From a bacterium (GTDB lineage: Bacteria > Edwardsbacteria > AC1 > EtOH8): DNA of 53,664 bases. The position numbers were made by a program, and so were the translations under genes. This document shows positions 25,565 through 33,335 of this stretch, one piece after another (the stretch's first letter is position 1; every line of letters starts with the position of its first letter). The stretch covers positions 1 through 53,664 of the forward strand of contig JAURWH010000011.1 in the NCBI GenBank assembly GCA_030655055.1. The letters are read 5' to 3'. The notes under the pieces are model-generated. The model was given only the letters and a program-made list of their open reading frames with translations, was not told where the DNA came from and made no database searches.

Positions 25565-27265
25565 ATGAGCAACATCGGTTCCTACGAGGATCGCTACAAG
25601 AGTTTCGACTGGAAACTTTCGGAACAGGAGCTGGAGTACGGGAAGAACGGGCAGTACAACATCGGTTATTACTGCAGCGACCGGATCTGCGAAAAGGGCC
25701 TGGGCTCAAAGCTGGCCCTGATCTGGGAAGGGTTCACCGGCGAGATCAAGAAATACACCTACGACGACATCCGGGCCTACAGCAACACCACCGCCAAATT
25801 TCTGCAGGACCAGGGGGTCAAGCCGGGCGACCGGGTCTGCCTGTTCATGGACAAGATCCCCGAGCTGTACATCTGCTTCCTGGGCATCTTAAAGATGGGG
25901 GCCATCGCCCAGCCGCTGTTCTCGGCCTTCGGCGAAGAGTCCCTGATCACCAGGCTGGACGACGCCAAGACCAAGGCGGTGCTGACCACCAGGAAACATG
26001 CCGGCAAGGTCCGCCGGATCCGCAAAGACCTGCCGGAGCTGGCCACCATCATCATCGTGGACGCCGACGACAAGCCGCTGAACGCCGGTGAGGCCGCCTT
26101 TGCCATGGAAAAACTGCCCCGGGTGGAAAAGTTCGACATCGTAAAAGTTGAGCCCGAGACCGCCTCGGTGCTGCATTACACCTCGGGCACCACCGGAAAG
26201 CCCAAGGGGGCCCAGCACGTCCACAATTCCCTGGTGGCCCAGTACATCACCGCCAAGTGGGTGCTGGATCTGAAACCGGAGGACATCTACTGGTGCACCG
26301 CCGATCCCGGCTGGGTCACCGGCACCTCCTACGGCATCATCGGGCCCTGGGCCAACGGGGTCACCCAGGTGGTGCTGGACGCCGGTTTCAGCGCCCAGAA
26401 CTGGTACGCCTTCATCGAGAAGATGAAGATCACCATGTGGTACTCGGCCCCCACCGCCATCAGGATGCTGATGAAGGAGGGAGTGGAGGCGGTCAAGAAG
26501 CACAACACCTCCTCCCTGCGCCACCTGTGCAGCGTGGGCGAGCCGCTGAACGCCGAGGCCGTGATCTGGTCGGAGAAGGCCTTCGGCCAGCCGTTCTACG
26601 ACACCTTCTGGCAGACCGAGACCGGGGCCATGATGATCTGCAACTATCCCGGGATGAAGGTCAAGCCCGGATCCATGGGCAAGCCCTTCCCCGGCATCAC
26701 CGCCACCGTGGTCAACCCCAAGACCTTTGAGCCGGTGAACCATCCCGGCACCGTGGGGCTGATAGCCTTCAAGCCCGGCTGGCCCTCCATGATGCGGGCC
26801 TACTGGAACAACAAGGAAACCTACGACGGCAAGTTCAAGAACGGCTGGTACCTTTCGGGCGACCGCTCCAGCATCGACGCCGACGGCTACTACTGGTTCG
26901 TGGGCCGCGATGACGATGTCATCAACACCGCCGGCCACCTGGTGGGGCCGTTCGAGATCGAGTCCGCATTGCTGGAACACCCGGCGGTGGCCGAGTCGGC
27001 CGCGGTGGGCAAGCCCGATCCCCTCAACATGGAGGTGGTCAAGGCCTTCATCGCCCTCAAGCCGGGCTTCGAACCTTCCAGCGATCTGGAGATGGACATC
27101 ATGAACTTCATCCGCAAGAAGCTGTCGCCGCTGGCCATGCCCCAGGAGATCGAGTTCATGGCCTCGATGCCCAAGACCCGGAGCGGGAAGATCATGCGCC
27201 GGATGCTGCGGGCCAAGGAGTGGGGCGAGGAGATCGGAGACATCTCCACTTTGGAAAATGACTAG
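25565..27265 (+). CDS. acsA: Acetyl-CoA synthetase, short AcsA type (AMP-forming)
   Basis: 566 aa, collinear from memory with Bacillus-type AcsA. Matching blocks: HYTSGTTGKPKG, KWVLDLKPEDIYWCTADPGWVTGTSYGI, WYSAPTAIRMLM, GSMGKPFPG, KGWPSMM, PKTRSGKIMRR. Confidence 0.9.
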   Translation: MSNIGSYEDRYKSFDWKLSEQELEYGKNGQYNIGYYCSDRICEKGLGSKLALIWEGFTGEIKKYTYDDIRAYSNTTAKFLQDQGVKPGDRVCLFMDKIPELYICFLGILKMGAIAQPLFSAFGEESLITRLDDAKTKAVLTTRKHAGKVRRIRKDLPELATIIIVDADDKPLNAGEAAFAMEKLPRVEKFDIVKVEPETASVLHYTSGTTGKPKGAQHVHNSLVAQYITAKWVLDLKPEDIYWCTADPGWVTGTSYGIIGPWANGVTQVVLDAGFSAQNWYAFIEKMKITMWYSAPTAIRMLMKEGVEAVKKHNTSSLRHLCSVGEPLNAEAVIWSEKAFGQPFYDTFWQTETGAMMICNYPGMKVKPGSMGKPFPGITATVVNPKTFEPVNHPGTVGLIAFKPGWPSMMRAYWNNKETYDGKFKNGWYLSGDRSSIDADGYYWFVGRDDDVINTAGHLVGPFEIESALLEHPAVAESAAVGKPDPLNMEVVKAFIALKPGFEPSSDLEMDIMNFIRKKLSPLAMPQEIEFMASMPKTRSGKIMRRMLRAKEWGEEIGDISTLEND

Positions 27266-27526
27266 GAACGCTCCCACGAAACACACGAAAAGACGCGAAA
27301 AATCTTGGTTCAAACTTATTTTAGAATGTTTAGTTCTTTTAGTGGGCAAAGGAAACGCACCCACGAAATACACGAAAAGAAACGAAACTACCCCTAATCT
27401 ATATTTTAGAATATTCGTGCTTTTTAGTGGGCAAAAAGAAACGCACTCACGGAAAACACGAAAAAACTCGAAACAACCCCCAATTTTATATTTTTAGACT
27501 ATTTCGTGCTTTTTAGTGGGCAAAAA
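27266..27526. repeat. Tandem array of three ~86-bp units (CACGAAA flavour), each an imperfect hairpin
   Basis: Units start near 27266, 27352 and 27437. Each has a left arm CCCACGAAAYACACGAAAAG and a right arm TTCGTGCTTTTTAGTGGGC (degenerate in unit 1: TTAGTTCTTTTAGTGGGC). The array fills the acsA-acp spacer. Confidence 0.85.
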
Positions 27527-27561
27527 ATCAATCAATAAACAGTTTACTTTAGGAGACAACA

Positions 27562-27819
27562 ATGTCCGACGAAATCAAAAAAATGATCATCGAATACGTC
27601 AAAAAAGAGTACCTGGACGAGGATTCCGACCAGGAGGTCAAGGAAGACACCAAGCTGATCTCCAGCGGGATCGTGGACTCGTTCTCCATGGTCTCCCTGA
27701 AGACCTACCTGGAAAAGAAATTCAGCATCAAGCTGCCGGACGAGGACGCCACCCCCGAGGCTTTTGACTCGGTCAACAACATCATCGAGCTGATCAAAAA
27801 ATTCGGAGCCAAGGTCTAA
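27562..27819 (+). CDS. Stand-alone acyl/peptidyl carrier protein (phosphopantetheine-binding)
   Basis: 85 aa, acidic, with a GIVDSFSMVSL serine attachment motif in the expected helix-2 position. RBS AGGAGA. Confidence 0.75.
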   Translation: MSDEIKKMIIEYVKKEYLDEDSDQEVKEDTKLISSGIVDSFSMVSLKTYLEKKFSIKLPDEDATPEAFDSVNNIIELIKKFGAKV

Positions 27820-27889
27820 ACTAAATCACTAATTACTAATTCAAAATTCTGAATTCGATATTCAGTATTCAGATTATAAGGGAGGTAAG

Positions 27890-29137
27890 ATGGCCTACAG
27901 TTCCAAAGCCAAGGATTTCTATTCCGGAGAACTCCAGGGGATGAAGGACAAGGGGATCTTCAAGGAAGAACGATACATCCAGTCGCCCCAGGCCGCCAGC
28001 ATCAAGGTGGAATACCCCAAGGGGGCCGAGCCCAAGCAGGTGCTGAACTTCTGCGCCAATAATTACCTGGGGCTTTCCAGTCATCCAGACGTGGTCAAGG
28101 CGGCCCACGAGGCCCTGGATTCCCGGGGCTACGGGCTGTCCTCGGTCCGCTTCATCTGCGGCACCCAGGACATCCACAACGAGCTGGAGATCAAGATGAG
28201 CGAGTTCCTGGGGATGGAGGGCACCTGCCTGTTCCCCTCCTGCATGGAAGCCAACGCCGGGCTGTTCGACGTGGTGCTGACCCCGGAGGACGCCATGATC
28301 TCGGACCGGCTGGTCCACGCCTCCATCGTCGACGGGCTGAAGCTGTGCAAGGCCCAGATGTTCAACTACAAGCACAACAGCATGTCCCACCTGGAGGAGA
28401 AACTGCAGGAGGCCCAGAGCTGCCGTCTGCGGATGATCATCACCGACGGGGTGTTCTCTATGGACGGCGACATCGCTCCATTGGACAAGATCTGCGACCT
28501 GGCCGACAAGTATGACGCCATGGTGATGGTGGACGACTCCCACGCCACCGGGTTCATCGGCAAGACCGGCCGGGGCACCCACGAGTACCACAATGTGATG
28601 AAGCGGGTGGACATCATCACCACCACCTTCGGCAAGGGTTTGGGCGGCGCCACCGGCGGCTCGGTAAGCGGCCCCAAGGAGATCGCCGAGATGTGCCGGC
28701 AGCGGGCCCGTCCCTACCTGTTCTCCAACACCATGCCCCCGGCGGTGGTGGCCGGATCGCTAAAGGTGCTGGAGATCCTCTCCAAATCCACCGACCGCAG
28801 GGACAAGCTGGAAAAGAACACCACCTACTGGAGGGCGGGCCTGACCAAGGCCGGTTTCGACCTGAAGCAGGGCGATACCCCCATCGTCCCGGTGATGCTG
28901 TACAATGCCAAGCTGGCCCAGGACATCGCCCGCGACCTGTACCACGAGGGGATCTACGTGACGGGCTTCTTCTTCCCGGTGGTGGCCCAGGGGCAGGCCC
29001 GGATAAGGACCCAGATCTCGGCCGGACATGAGATGGAGCATTTGGACAAGGCCCTGGCGGCCTTTACCAAGATCGGCCAGAAGTACGGGATACTGGGGCT
29101 GAAGAAGGACGAGATCATAGCCAAGTACGGACTGTAA
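27890..29137 (+). CDS. Alpha-oxoamine synthase, divergent 2-amino-3-ketobutyrate CoA ligase (Kbl)-like paralog
   Basis: 415 aa with FCANNYLGL, SVRFICGTQ, DGVFSMDGD, VDDSHATGF, TFGKGLGG (PLP lysine) and ARIRTQIS. It differs from the canonical Kbl blocks: LFPSCMEANAG replaces LYSSCFDAN, and DRLVHASIVDG replaces D.LNHASIIDG. It also has a short C-terminal extension. Confidence 0.85.
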   Translation: MAYSSKAKDFYSGELQGMKDKGIFKEERYIQSPQAASIKVEYPKGAEPKQVLNFCANNYLGLSSHPDVVKAAHEALDSRGYGLSSVRFICGTQDIHNELEIKMSEFLGMEGTCLFPSCMEANAGLFDVVLTPEDAMISDRLVHASIVDGLKLCKAQMFNYKHNSMSHLEEKLQEAQSCRLRMIITDGVFSMDGDIAPLDKICDLADKYDAMVMVDDSHATGFIGKTGRGTHEYHNVMKRVDIITTTFGKGLGGATGGSVSGPKEIAEMCRQRARPYLFSNTMPPAVVAGSLKVLEILSKSTDRRDKLEKNTTYWRAGLTKAGFDLKQGDTPIVPVMLYNAKLAQDIARDLYHEGIYVTGFFFPVVAQGQARIRTQISAGHEMEHLDKALAAFTKIGQKYGILGLKKDEIIAKYGL

Positions 29138-29142
29138 AACAT

Positions 29143-29171
29143 TTGCCACCAAGACACAAAGACACCAAGGG
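29143..29171. repeat. Half copy of the CACAAAGA-flavour repeat
   Basis: TTGCCACCAAGACACAAAGACACCAAGGG lies immediately after the first kbl-like gene. Confidence 0.55.
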
Positions 29172-29274
29172 TTTTCAATTATTCGGGCTTACGTGTCATT
29201 GCGAGAAGGCCCAGTAGTTGACGGGTGAAGCAATCCAGGCTATAATACAAGCCGTAATTTAGAGAGTAACAATG

Positions 29275-29309
29275 CGGCGGGAAGGGATTTAACTCCCGTC
29301 CCGCCGTTT
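29275..29309 (+). terminator. Stem-loop with a short T-tract upstream of the GNAT gene
   Basis: CGGCGGGAAGGGA-TTTAAC-TCCCGTCCCGCCG forms a 13-bp stem with one mismatch, followed by TTT. Confidence 0.4.
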
Positions 29310-29399
29310 GTGCTTACTGTCCAGGTTTAAAAACCGCAAAATTGCATACCAACCAGGTTGGCATGCAATAAACATTTACTCAAGCGCTGGTGCAGAAAG

Positions 29400-29906
29400 A
29401 TGATCAGTGATAGAATCAAGCTAAGGCCTTTATCGGAACAGGATCTTGAGGCTCTCTTAACAGGTCAGAATAATATAAATAACGTCAATATTGCATCACT
29501 TGCGATTTCCGAGCCATTAAAAAAAGCAATTAATATAAAGCTTGTAATGATGAAAAGTGCTGCTAATGAAGATAAACTATGGCTTACTTACTGGCTAATA
29601 ATAAAGAATGACAACTCGGAAGCGATCGGGACGATAGGTTTTAAGGGGATAGATAAAGAAGAAAAATCAGCTGAGATAGGTTATGGAATATCGGGAGAAT
29701 TCGAGGGAAAGGGATACGCCACAGAAGCTCTAAGCTTGATGGTCGCCTGGGCTTGGAATACAAAGAAAATAGAGAAGGTCACAGCCATTGATGTATTGGC
29801 TAGCAATATTGGCTCGCAAAAAGTATTGGAGAAAAACGGTTTTTATAGGACCAAAGTCAATATCGACACAATTGATTATGAAATCAACTTGAAAAATTCA
29901 AGATAG
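29400..29906 (+). CDS. GNAT-family N-acetyltransferase (RimJ/RimL-like)
   Basis: MISDRIKLRPLSEQDLEAL..., an EIGYGI...GKGYATEA acetyl-CoA binding block, and KVLEKNGF. The gene and its flanks are visibly much more AT-rich than their neighbours. Confidence 0.8.
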   Translation: MISDRIKLRPLSEQDLEALLTGQNNINNVNIASLAISEPLKKAINIKLVMMKSAANEDKLWLTYWLIIKNDNSEAIGTIGFKGIDKEEKSAEIGYGISGEFEGKGYATEALSLMVAWAWNTKKIEKVTAIDVLASNIGSQKVLEKNGFYRTKVNIDTIDYEINLKNSR

Positions 29907-29997
29907 TCTCAAAAGGTGAATGTTTGAAGCCCTGAGATTTAAACTTTGTTAACTTTTATCTTTCACATATAAAACAAGGGGTAATCACCAACTCATC

Positions 29998-31209
29998 ATG
30001 GCACTTCACATCAAGGTAAAGGAATTTTACCGCAAGGAACTGGTGGAACTGCAGGACGCCGATCTCTTCAAGGAGGAGCGCTACATCCACACGCCCCAGG
30101 CGGCCAGCATCAAGGTAGAGTACCCGCCCAACTCGCCCCAGAAGGAGGTCATCAACTTCTGCGCCAACAACTATCTGGGGCTCTCCAGCCACCCGGCCAT
30201 AGTGGCCGCGGCCAAGCAGGGCCTGGAGGAACGGGGCTTCGGGCTGTCGTCGGTCCGGTTCATCTGCGGCACCCAGGACAAACACAAGGAGCTGGAGCGG
30301 AAGATCTCCAAATTCCTGGGCATGGAGGATGCCATCCTGTATTCTTCCTGCTTTGACGCCAACCTGGGCGTGTTCGAGGCCCTTTTAGGCGAGGAGGACG
30401 CCCTGATCTCGGACGAGCTGAACCACGCCTCCATCATCGACGGCATCAGGCTTTGCAAGGCCGAGCGGCGCCGCTTTAAGCACATGGACATGCACGATCT
30501 CGAAAATCACCTGAAGCAGACCATGAACAAGCGCTTTAGGATGATCGTCACCGACGGGGTCTTTTCCATGGACGGTGACCTGGCCCCGCTGGAGCAGATC
30601 TGCAACCTGGCCGAGGAGTACGAGGCCATGGTACTGGTGGACGAGAGCCATGCCAGCGGGTTCGTGGGTTCCACCGGCCGCGGCACCCACGAGCATTTCG
30701 ACGTGATGGGCCGGGTGGACATCATCACCACCACCTTTGGCAAGGCCCTGGGCGGGGCCTCCGGCGGTTGTGTCTCCTCCAGCAAGGAGATCGTGGACCT
30801 CCTGCGCCAGCGCTCCCGGCCCTACCTGTTCTCCAATACCATCAGTCCGTCAGTAGTGGCCGCCACCATCAAGGCGATCGAGATGATGCAGGGTTCCACC
30901 GTCCTCCGGGACAAGGTGATGGAGAACGCCAAGTACTTCCGGCAGAAGATCCGCGAGGCCGGTTTCGACATCCGGGACGGGATACATCCCATAGTGCCCA
31001 TAATCCTGCACGAGGCCGAGATCGTCCAGCAGATGTCCCGGATGCTTTACGACGAGGGCATCTACGTGGTCGGGTTCTTCTACCCGGTGGTGCCGCGGGG
31101 CCGGGCCAGGATCCGGGTCCAGATCTCGGCGGCCCACGAGCGGGAGCACCTGGACAAGGCTATTGCAGCCTTCACCAAGGTGGGCAAGAAACTGGGGGTA
31201 CTGAAATAA
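29998..31209 (+). CDS. kbl: 2-amino-3-ketobutyrate CoA ligase (glycine C-acetyltransferase)
   Basis: 403 aa, collinear from memory with E. coli Kbl: LFKEER, INFCANNYLGL, SVRFICGTQDKHKELE, FLGMEDAILYSSCFDAN, LNHASIIDG, DGVFSMDGD, VDESHASGF, GRVDIITTTFGKALGG, RPYLFSN, GIYVVGFFYPVVPRGRARIRVQISAAH. Confidence 0.92.
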   Translation: MALHIKVKEFYRKELVELQDADLFKEERYIHTPQAASIKVEYPPNSPQKEVINFCANNYLGLSSHPAIVAAAKQGLEERGFGLSSVRFICGTQDKHKELERKISKFLGMEDAILYSSCFDANLGVFEALLGEEDALISDELNHASIIDGIRLCKAERRRFKHMDMHDLENHLKQTMNKRFRMIVTDGVFSMDGDLAPLEQICNLAEEYEAMVLVDESHASGFVGSTGRGTHEHFDVMGRVDIITTTFGKALGGASGGCVSSSKEIVDLLRQRSRPYLFSNTISPSVVAATIKAIEMMQGSTVLRDKVMENAKYFRQKIREAGFDIRDGIHPIVPIILHEAEIVQQMSRMLYDEGIYVVGFFYPVVPRGRARIRVQISAAHEREHLDKAIAAFTKVGKKLGVLK

Positions 31210-31210
31210 A

Positions 31211-31291
31211 CTGCCACAAAGACACGAAGGCACCAAGAGTTATTTAAAAAATGGAAAATTGGAAATCGTGTTTGTGTCTTGGTGGCAAAAG
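31211..31291. repeat. Complete CACAAAGA-flavour hairpin repeat unit
   Basis: The left arm CTGCCACAAAGACACGAAGGCACCAAGAG pairs with the right arm CGTGTTTGTGTCTTGGTGGCAAAAG (GCCAC.AAGACAC/GTGTCTT.GTGGC). It fills the kbl-M23 spacer. Confidence 0.75.
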
Positions 31292-31299
31292 GGGAGCTT

Positions 31300-32292
31300 A
31301 TGATCTTCAAAAAGTCTTATTCCTTCATCATCCTGCCGCACCACGGGGAGCAGGGCAAGTCGGTGTTCTTCCACTCGCAGTGGCTGAATGCCCTCTTGCT
31401 CATCACCGTGGCGGGGCTGGGCGTCTCCGGATTTTTCATCGCCCGGCACCTGCTTTACCACCACAAGCTAAAGACGGCCTTTGAGCCCACCTTCAAGGAG
31501 AACGAGGTCCTGCGGGAGGAGCGCAAAGGCTACGGGCAGGTAAAGGATTCCCTGTCCCACGATATCTCATCGCTGCAGGCCCAGCTTAAAAAGGAGCGCT
31601 CGGTCTACCTGTCCTCGGTCAACGGGCTGGCCCGGGAGCTGGACAACCTCAAAAAACTGGCCATCAAGGTCAAGATCCAATCCGGTTTCAAGTCCTCCAA
31701 CATAGTGGACGAGAACGAGGCCGCCGGGGGCCCGGCCGGCGAGCGGACCTACATCGGTTGGCAGGACGTGAACCAGCCGATAGATCCCGGCCCCCTGGAA
31801 AACAAGGTCCGCCCGGGAATAGGGGAGCAGAACGTAGAACTCAAGGAGATCGACGCCTATCTTTCCACCAAGGAATCCCTGGTATCCGACACCCCGGAAC
31901 TGGCCCCGCTGTTCGGCCGGATGACCTCCAACTTCGGGGTCAGGCGCTGGCGGCGCAGCGGCCATACCGAGAACCACGCCGGGTTGGATATTGCAGTTCC
32001 AAAAGGCACTCCGGTCTATTCCCCGGCCGAGGCGGTGGTGATCTATGCCGGCCGCAAGGGGGATTACGGAAACCTGATAGAGTTGGACCACGGGAACGGC
32101 TATACCACCCGTTTTGGCCATCTCTCCTTGATAGAAGTGGAGATAGGGGACAGGGTGATCAAGGGGCAGATCATAGGAGCAGTAGGCTCCACCGGCCGAT
32201 CTACCGGCCCCCACCTGCATTACGAGGTTCGGTTTCAGGGGAAAGCCATAGATCCCATAGGCTATTTAGGGTCGGTAGGACAAAAACAATAA
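31300..32292 (+). CDS. Membrane-anchored M23 family metallopeptidase (paralog of 5514-6437)
   Basis: Same architecture: N-terminal F/LIILPH motif, TM segment, coiled coil, and HAGLDI ... GPHLHYEV. I took the ATG at 31300, with an AAAGGGGA RBS. Confidence 0.9.
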   Translation: MIFKKSYSFIILPHHGEQGKSVFFHSQWLNALLLITVAGLGVSGFFIARHLLYHHKLKTAFEPTFKENEVLREERKGYGQVKDSLSHDISSLQAQLKKERSVYLSSVNGLARELDNLKKLAIKVKIQSGFKSSNIVDENEAAGGPAGERTYIGWQDVNQPIDPGPLENKVRPGIGEQNVELKEIDAYLSTKESLVSDTPELAPLFGRMTSNFGVRRWRRSGHTENHAGLDIAVPKGTPVYSPAEAVVIYAGRKGDYGNLIELDHGNGYTTRFGHLSLIEVEIGDRVIKGQIIGAVGSTGRSTGPHLHYEVRFQGKAIDPIGYLGSVGQKQ

Positions 32293-32308
32293 TACTCTAA
32301 TTCCCTAC

Positions 32309-32337
32309 TTGACTTTAAGCGCATAATTTGTTATAGT
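32309..32337 (+). promoter_or_regulatory. Sigma70-like promoter (TTGACT-N17-TATAGT) ~200 nt upstream of tRNA-Val
   Basis: -35 at 32309-32314 and -10 at 32332-32337. No ORF lies in the intervening leader. Confidence 0.4.
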
Positions 32338-32533
32338 TTAAACTGATAGACTATCCAGTTCGTCAAAAAAAGAGAATTCTCTAAACTTTGGCATTACCTC
32401 AATATCCGTGTTTTAACAGGCGTTCAAGAGATCATCAAATCCCTTAGTAACGCATTCATAACACTGGTATTGGGCGTTCTTCGCTGGCACCGGAAGATGA
32501 CAAATTCAGGATGACGAATGCAAAATATAAGAT

Positions 32534-32610
32534 GGGCGATTAGCTCAGTTGGTTAGAGCGTCTGCTTTACACGCAGAAGGCCGGGGGTTCGAGCCCCTCA
32601 TTGCCCACCA
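32534..32610 (+). tRNA. tRNA-Val (anticodon TAC), CCA encoded
   Basis: I folded the cloverleaf by hand. The acceptor stem is GGGCGAT/ATTGCCC and the D stem GCTC/GAGC. The anticodon stem TCTGC/GCAGA carries loop TTTACAC. The T stem GGGGG/CCCTC carries a TTCGAGC loop. Discriminator A is followed by CCA. Confidence 0.92.
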
Positions 32611-32946
32611 TTTTGTGCAAAACATTTGCACAATGCAAAGATTGCAGAAAGTCTAAAATTGATGGTCCGGAGGCATTATTATCAATGATACATTATTTCT
32701 CAGTTATGATCACTCTCTCGGTACAGGTAAATTAGCCGATGTAACTTTAGAGCTGATTTCCTTTACCCCTTTTATTGGTCAAATAAGAGCAATATAATAT
32801 AAGGGGCCAGAAAACAAGGGTTTGTACCGGACATTCTCAATGATCCGCCCAATTCTTTCCCAAAAGATTATGATAAAATCGTTATCAAAATCAGGGCTGT
32901 ATTTGTTGGCATAGATTATGCAAATATAGTTAAGTGGAGGTTTGAG

Positions 32947-33147
32947 ATGGATATTGCGGAGATCGGCGGAAATGCGGGGTTGGTTTGGAAAGCACTGAAT
33001 CAAAAAGGTTCCCAGACCGCAACCACACTTAAGAAACTTACCGGACTTGATGACAAGAATTTATGTCTTGCCTTGGGATGGCTGGCCAGGGAGGGGAAGA
33101 TAATTTTCCGCTCCGAAAAACGCAGCATCATGATCGTTCTCAAATAG
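32947..33147 (+). CDS. Small winged-helix protein (DUF2582-like wHTH)
   Basis: 66 aa. IGGNAGLVWKALNQKGSQTATTLKKLTGLDDKNLCLALGWLAREGKI matches my recollection of the DUF2582 pattern. A GGAGG RBS lies 7 nt upstream. Confidence 0.55.
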   Translation: MDIAEIGGNAGLVWKALNQKGSQTATTLKKLTGLDDKNLCLALGWLAREGKIIFRSEKRSIMIVLK

Positions 33148-33159
33148 GCCCTGGATCAT

Positions 33160-33214
33160 TCCCGCCATCCTGATCAATGTTTTTTACATTGGGCAATACT
33201 AGGGCGGGATTTTT
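33160..33214 (+). terminator. Compound stem-loop plus T5 after the wHTH gene
   Basis: TCCCGCC ... GGCGGGA encloses CAATGT-TTTTT-ACATTG and is followed by TTTTT. Confidence 0.35.
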
Positions 33215-33335
33215 GTCTAAAAACGGAAAATGCCTGTTGGCTAAAAACCAAATAAAAATATTTTTTTCCGGAAGCCCGTCAATTTTAAAACCATCCCCGG
33301 TCATTAATGAAAATCACTATAAAGCGCGTGTAATC

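Noticed and set aside
25565-27265. Fatty-acyl-ACP/AMP ligase partnering the carrier protein
   Set aside because: The protein matches short-form acetyl-CoA synthetase AcsA block for block. It sits next to an acetate transporter, so an acetate-activating role is the parsimonious call.
25889-27373. 494-aa minus-strand ORF opposite acsA
   Set aside because: It is antisense to the AcsA CDS and runs into the tandem repeat array. It is a shadow ORF.
27266-27526. Possible CRISPR array
   Set aside because: The units are ~86 bp and directly abutting, with no unique spacers, and there are only three copies. Each unit is itself an inverted repeat. No cas genes are in the window.
27890-29137. Calling the first alpha-oxoamine synthase a serine palmitoyltransferase or BioF
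   Set aside because: It stays collinear with, and clearly most similar to, Kbl, including the lineage-specific IKVEYP insertion shared with the second copy. Only pocket-block changes and the carrier-protein adjacency argue for a different substrate. It stays Kbl-like with an open question.
32779-33003. 74-aa minus-strand ORF overlapping the wHTH gene start
   Set aside because: This is AT-rich sequence with no RBS. It overlaps the promoter/RBS and start of the better-supported plus-strand wHTH gene.
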